From the NCBI GenBank assembly GCA_035504535.1, contig DATJRS010000112.1, positions 106,631 through 170,630 on the forward strand: a DNA stretch of 64,000 nucleotides. The letters are read 5' to 3'. Positions within the stretch are counted from its first letter, which is position 1; every line of letters starts with the position of its first letter. The position numbers and the translations under genes are program-made. Below, one piece after another: positions 60,603-64,000 of the stretch. The notes under the pieces are model-generated. The model saw only the letters and a list, made by a program, of their open reading frames with translations. It searched no databases and had not been told where the DNA came from. The DNA comes from Solirubrobacteraceae bacterium (GTDB lineage: Bacteria > Actinomycetota > Thermoleophilia > Solirubrobacterales > Solirubrobacteraceae).

Positions 60603-62320
60603 AACCAGTCCTCGACCTCGATCGACCACTGGGCGCTGTCCAAGCCCGGCTTGATCGCGATCTGGTACTCGCCCGGACCGGTCTTGAACACCCGAGTCTG
60701 CTGGCCGCCGTCATTGAGGCCAAACGACATATTGGTCGAGCCGGCGCCGATCACCTGTGCGCTCGGGCCCTCGCAGAAGAAGATGAAATCGCAGGTTCCC
60801 TGGTAGGACATCGTGTAAACGATCCGCCACTGGGTTCCGCGGATCTGGAACGGGACGCTCTGGTTACCCGAAAACGTGGTCACCGACCGCCAGGACGGCG
60901 TCTCGGCCACGAGCAGACCGACGGTTTGACCCGGGTGCAGCTGCCGTCCGGCGCTCGGGGTCTGGCCGGTGACGATTCCGGGTGCCGTCCCGGGCGCGGG
61001 AACGTAGCTCACGCGATCATTGAGATTGATCTGGTGGAGGCGCGCCGCCGCCGTGCCGGACGCGTCCCCGGTGAGTGACGGGACGTTGATCGGGCGCGGG
61101 CCGCGGCTGAACACGACCTGAACCGTCGAACCTTCCTTCACGCGCGTGCCGGCCGCCGGCGACTGCGAGACGATGGCGCCGACCGGCACGTGAGCGTTGT
61201 ACGCGTGAGCGAAGCTCGCGTCCAGATGCAGCGGCTTCAACACGGAGTTGACCCGCTGCTCGCCGTGACCACGCAGCTTCGGCAGCAGCACCGTGGCCGG
61301 CCCGGTCAGGACCTTCGCCGCCACCGCCAGCGCCAGAAGCACGCCCAGCACAAGCCCGAAGATGGCCAGGCTGCGCCGGCGCGCGGCAGGGTTGACGTTC
61401 CGCCGCGGGCTGTACTGGGGCGCGACCCACGTGGAACCGGGGCCGTTCGAGTCCGGTTTGGATCCGTTCGCCGGGGGAGCGCCCGTCTGCGGAGCCCCCC
61501 GGGCTCGCGCGAGCGCGCTCGCCATCTCCGCCGCGGTCTGATACCGATCGGCCGGCTCCTTGGCCAGCGCCCGCACCACCACGCGTTCCAGTGGGCGAGG
61601 CGTCCCCGACGGCAGCGGCGGCACCGGCGCCTGCACGTGCCGCAGGGCGATCTCGACCGCCGAGTCGCCGTTGAACGGCGGGTGTCCGGCCAGCATCTCG
61701 TAGAGCACGATGCCGGCGCTGTACACGTCGGTGGCCGGGGTGACCGGCTGTCCGTTCGCCTGCTCGGGCGCCATGTAGCGCGGTGTGCCGACAATCGTGG
61801 CCGTGCCGCCGTCGGTGGTGCCGCCCTCGGCCAGCCGGGCGACTCCCAGATCCCCGACCTTCACCCGCCCGTGCGAGGAGATCAGCACGTTCGCCGGCTT
61901 GATGTCGCGGTGCACGATGCGCTCGGCGTGCGCGTGCTCGAGTGCGCGACAGAGGTGCTCGGCGATCTCAGCGGCGCGCCAGGCATCGACGCGTCCTCCC
62001 CGCTTGAGCATCGCGGCCAGGCTCTCGCCGTCGACCAGCTCGGTCACGTAGTAGCGGCCCTCGTCGGCCTCGCCGACGTCGTAGATCTGGACGATCCCGG
62101 GGTCGCTCACCCGGGCCAGCAGCTGCGCCTCGCGGCCGAAGCTCTCGGCCCACTCCGGGTCCTCCGACCACCACGGCTTGATCACCTTGATCGCCACCTC
62201 GCGCTCGAGCCGGCGGTCGTAGCCGCGGTACACCCGGCCGAACGTCCCCTCGCCGATCAGCTCGATCAGCTCGTAGCGCCCGTCGAGGGCATGCCCCACC
62301 AGGTCGGGCGCGACCCGCAT
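60599..62320 (-). CDS. Ser/Thr protein kinase with TM and two PASTA domains
   Basis: GEGTFG, AIK, HRDIKPAN, DLG, GTPRYMAPE; SQSPAAG and GQTPSAG PASTA repeats. Confidence 0.93.
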   Translation of the reverse strand: MRVAPDLVGHALDGRYELIELIGEGTFGRVYRGYDRRLEREVAIKVIKPWWSEDPEWAESFGREAQLLARVSDPGIVQIYDVGEADEGRYYVTELVDGESLAAMLKRGGRVDAWRAAEIAEHLCRALEHAHAERIVHRDIKPANVLISSHGRVKVGDLGVARLAEGGTTDGGTATIVGTPRYMAPEQANGQPVTPATDVYSAGIVLYEMLAGHPPFNGDSAVEIALRHVQAPVPPLPSGTPRPLERVVVRALAKEPADRYQTAAEMASALARARGAPQTGAPPANGSKPDSNGPGSTWVAPQYSPRRNVNPAARRRSLAIFGLVLGVLLALAVAAKVLTGPATVLLPKLRGHGEQRVNSVLKPLHLDASFAHAYNAHVPVGAIVSQSPAAGTRVKEGSTVQVVFSRGPRPINVPSLTGDASGTAAARLHQINLNDRVSYVPAPGTAPGIVTGQTPSAGRQLHPGQTVGLLVAETPSWRSVTTFSGNQSVPFQIRGTQWRIVYTMSYQGTCDFIFFCEGPSAQVIGAGSTNMSFGLNDGGQQTRVFKTGPGEYQIAIKPGLDSAQWSIEVEDWF

Positions 62321-62326
62321 CGACGC

Positions 62327-63118
62327 TCAGGCTCCCCGCGCGTCGCTCAGTTCGCTGCTGATCGCGGATCTGAACATGTTTGTGTCAACGCCGACGGTGA
62401 TGAGCTGGAAGCCGGCCTGAGCGTAGTGCCGGGCGGCACGGCCGCTGCCGCACTGGATGCCCGCGATCAGGCCGTTCGCGGCGCACACCTGCCGGATTCG
62501 CTCGATCGCCTCGGCGAGGGCAGGCCGCTCCTCACCCGCTGCGCCGACCAGGGGTGCCGGCGGCAACTCGAGCGCGATCGCCAGGTCAGAGGGCCCGATG
62601 TACAGGCCGTCGAGGCCGGGCGTGCTCGCGATCTCGTCGAGGTTGTCCAGCCCTTCCCGCGTCTCGATCATCGCGACGCACAGGACCTCGCCCCCGAGGT
62701 CCTCGGTCGATCCCGACCCCATCACCATCTGAGCCCGGACCGGACCGTAGGAGCGGCGGCCGTGCGGCGGGTAGCGGCACGCCTCCACCGCGCGGACCGC
62801 CTCGCCGGCGTTATCGATCAGGGGCAGAATCACCCCGACCGCGCCTACGTCGAGCGCCCGCATGATCAGGTGAGGCTCGTTCCACGCCAGCCGGGCCAGC
62901 GGCGCCGCGCCGGCCGCCTGCATGGCCTGGAACATCGCGATCATCGTTGCCTCGTTGACGAGGCCGTGCTGAAGGTCGGCGCACACGTAGTCGTAGCCGA
63001 CCGCGCTGCCCAACTCCGCCGTGAACGCAGTTGGGATGCCGGCCCACATTCCGAAAGCCGCCTCGCCCGCATCCCATTTCGCGCGCAGCCGCTTGCCCGC
63101 CGAGTTCGTCGTCCCCAT
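62327..63118 (-). CDS. HpcH/HpaI aldolase family protein
   Basis: DLQHG, RALDVGA, RYPPHGRRS, MIET, IGPSDL. Confidence 0.92.
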   Translation of the reverse strand: MGTTNSAGKRLRAKWDAGEAAFGMWAGIPTAFTAELGSAVGYDYVCADLQHGLVNEATMIAMFQAMQAAGAAPLARLAWNEPHLIMRALDVGAVGVILPLIDNAGEAVRAVEACRYPPHGRRSYGPVRAQMVMGSGSTEDLGGEVLCVAMIETREGLDNLDEIASTPGLDGLYIGPSDLAIALELPPAPLVGAAGEERPALAEAIERIRQVCAANGLIAGIQCGSGRAARHYAQAGFQLITVGVDTNMFRSAISSELSDARGA

Positions 63119-63137
63119 CGACGCCCAATGGTACGAG

Positions 63138-64000
63138 CTAAGGAATCTGGACGACCGGCCCCTGGCCCGGCCGCCACACGCCGCGCGGCATCGCGTCCGT
63201 CGAGAACGGCATCGCCACGTCGCCCGTGGCGTCCACCGCGATCAGCCCGCCGACGCCATCGCAGTCGGCGACCTCGCCCAGAACCGCGCCCGCCGCCGAC
63301 TCGACCGCGACGCCGGATCCCACCAGTGCCCCGAGCAGACGCGCTGCCCCGCACCGGATGAACGCCTCGCCGGCGCCCGTGCACGAGACGGCCACGGAGC
63401 GGTCAGCCCACGTTCCCGCGCCGATCAACGGCGAGTCCCCCACCCTCCCGGGCCGCTGACCCAGACGCCCGCCGGTCGAGGTGGCCGCCGCGAGCAGACC
63501 CGTCGCATCCAGGCATACCGCGCCCACGGTTCCGCGGTCCGAGACGTCGCGCGAATCGAGCCACCGAGCCAATCGCCGACGCTGCCGGGCGGTCACGAAC
63601 TCCGAGGGATCGTGCTGCTCGAGGCCCTGACCCGCAGCGTGGGCGTCGGCCGGCTCCCCGGCCAAGAGCACCGGCGGCGCCTCGAGCAGGGAAAGCGCGG
63701 CCGCGACCGGATGGCGGGTGCGGCGCAGCGTCGCGACCGCCCCGGCCGCCCGGTCCGAGCCGCGCATGATCGCCGCGCTCATCTCGACCGAGCCGTCGGA
63801 GCACAGCACCGACCCGTAGCCGGCGTTGAACAGCGGGAAGCCCTCCATCACCATGACTGCCGCGCTGACGGCGTCGACCGCGCCGCCGTCATCGAGCGCC
63901 GCCGCGCCAGCTGCCAAAGCCTGCTCCAGCGCGGCCCGGCACTCGGACTGCTGCTCGCGGAGGTCGTCGCTGATCCCGCCGGCGCCGGCATGAACGAGGA
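63138..64000 (-). CDS. Isoaspartyl peptidase/L-asparaginase (5' end at or beyond window edge)
   Basis: VHAGAG near 63990, FNAGYGS, GTVGAV, TSTGG, GRVGDSP, SCTGAGE. Confidence 0.92.
   Translation of the reverse strand, partial: LVHAGAGGISDDLREQQSECRAALEQALAAGAAALDDGGAVDAVSAAVMVMEGFPLFNAGYGSVLCSDGSVEMSAAIMRGSDRAAGAVATLRRTRHPVAAALSLLEAPPVLLAGEPADAHAAGQGLEQHDPSEFVTARQRRRLARWLDSRDVSDRGTVGAVCLDATGLLAAATSTGGRLGQRPGRVGDSPLIGAGTWADRSVAVSCTGAGEAFIRCGAARLLGALVGSGVAVESAAGAVLGEVADCDGVGGLIAVDATGDVAMPFSTDAMPRGVWRPGQGPVVQIP

Overview
High-GC actinobacterial chromosomal segment; gene content and style suggest Thermoleophilia/Solirubrobacterales (inference). I found no rRNA, tRNA, CRISPR array, integrase or transposase. 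In order: (1) two tandem NRAMP-family (Mg-type DNDAGG) transporter paralogs separated by a highly structured leader that can sequester the RBS; (2) a LacI-controlled minus-strand operon: TIM-barrel sugar isomerase, LacI, Gfo/Idh/MocA oxidoreductase, APC permease, GNDD-type metallophosphoesterase and an uncharacterised Pol-beta-fold nucleotidyltransferase (best candidate for an undescribed system); (3) a myo-inositol catabolic cluster (iolE, ABC transporter, iolC, two dehydrogenases, an embedded RmlD-like reductase, iolD, iolB, iolA) with a divergent LacI and four operator copies; (4) a mixed region with an atypical endonuclease V, an S/G/R-rich disordered protein, MFS, YbaK, cupin and divergent Cys-patterned lipoproteins, one carrying an in-frame stop; (5) LacI plus an Opp-type ABC importer and a GH1 beta-glucosidase; (6) a membrane GGDEF-GAF-HD-GYP protein, ppdK, an orphan Mo-hydroxylase large subunit coupled to MmgE/PrpD, an unannotated 55-aa Cys/His ORF with a sigma28-like promoter divergent from an FHA-HTH regulator, an alpha-hydroxy-acid oxidase, an ABC pair, Nudix, PEBP, GH27, SnoaL, and an asparaginase-aldolase-PASTA kinase-dehydrogenase run. 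Several families of REP/MITE-like palindromic elements lie in intergenic spaces. All calls come from motif recognition by eye; no database searches were run.
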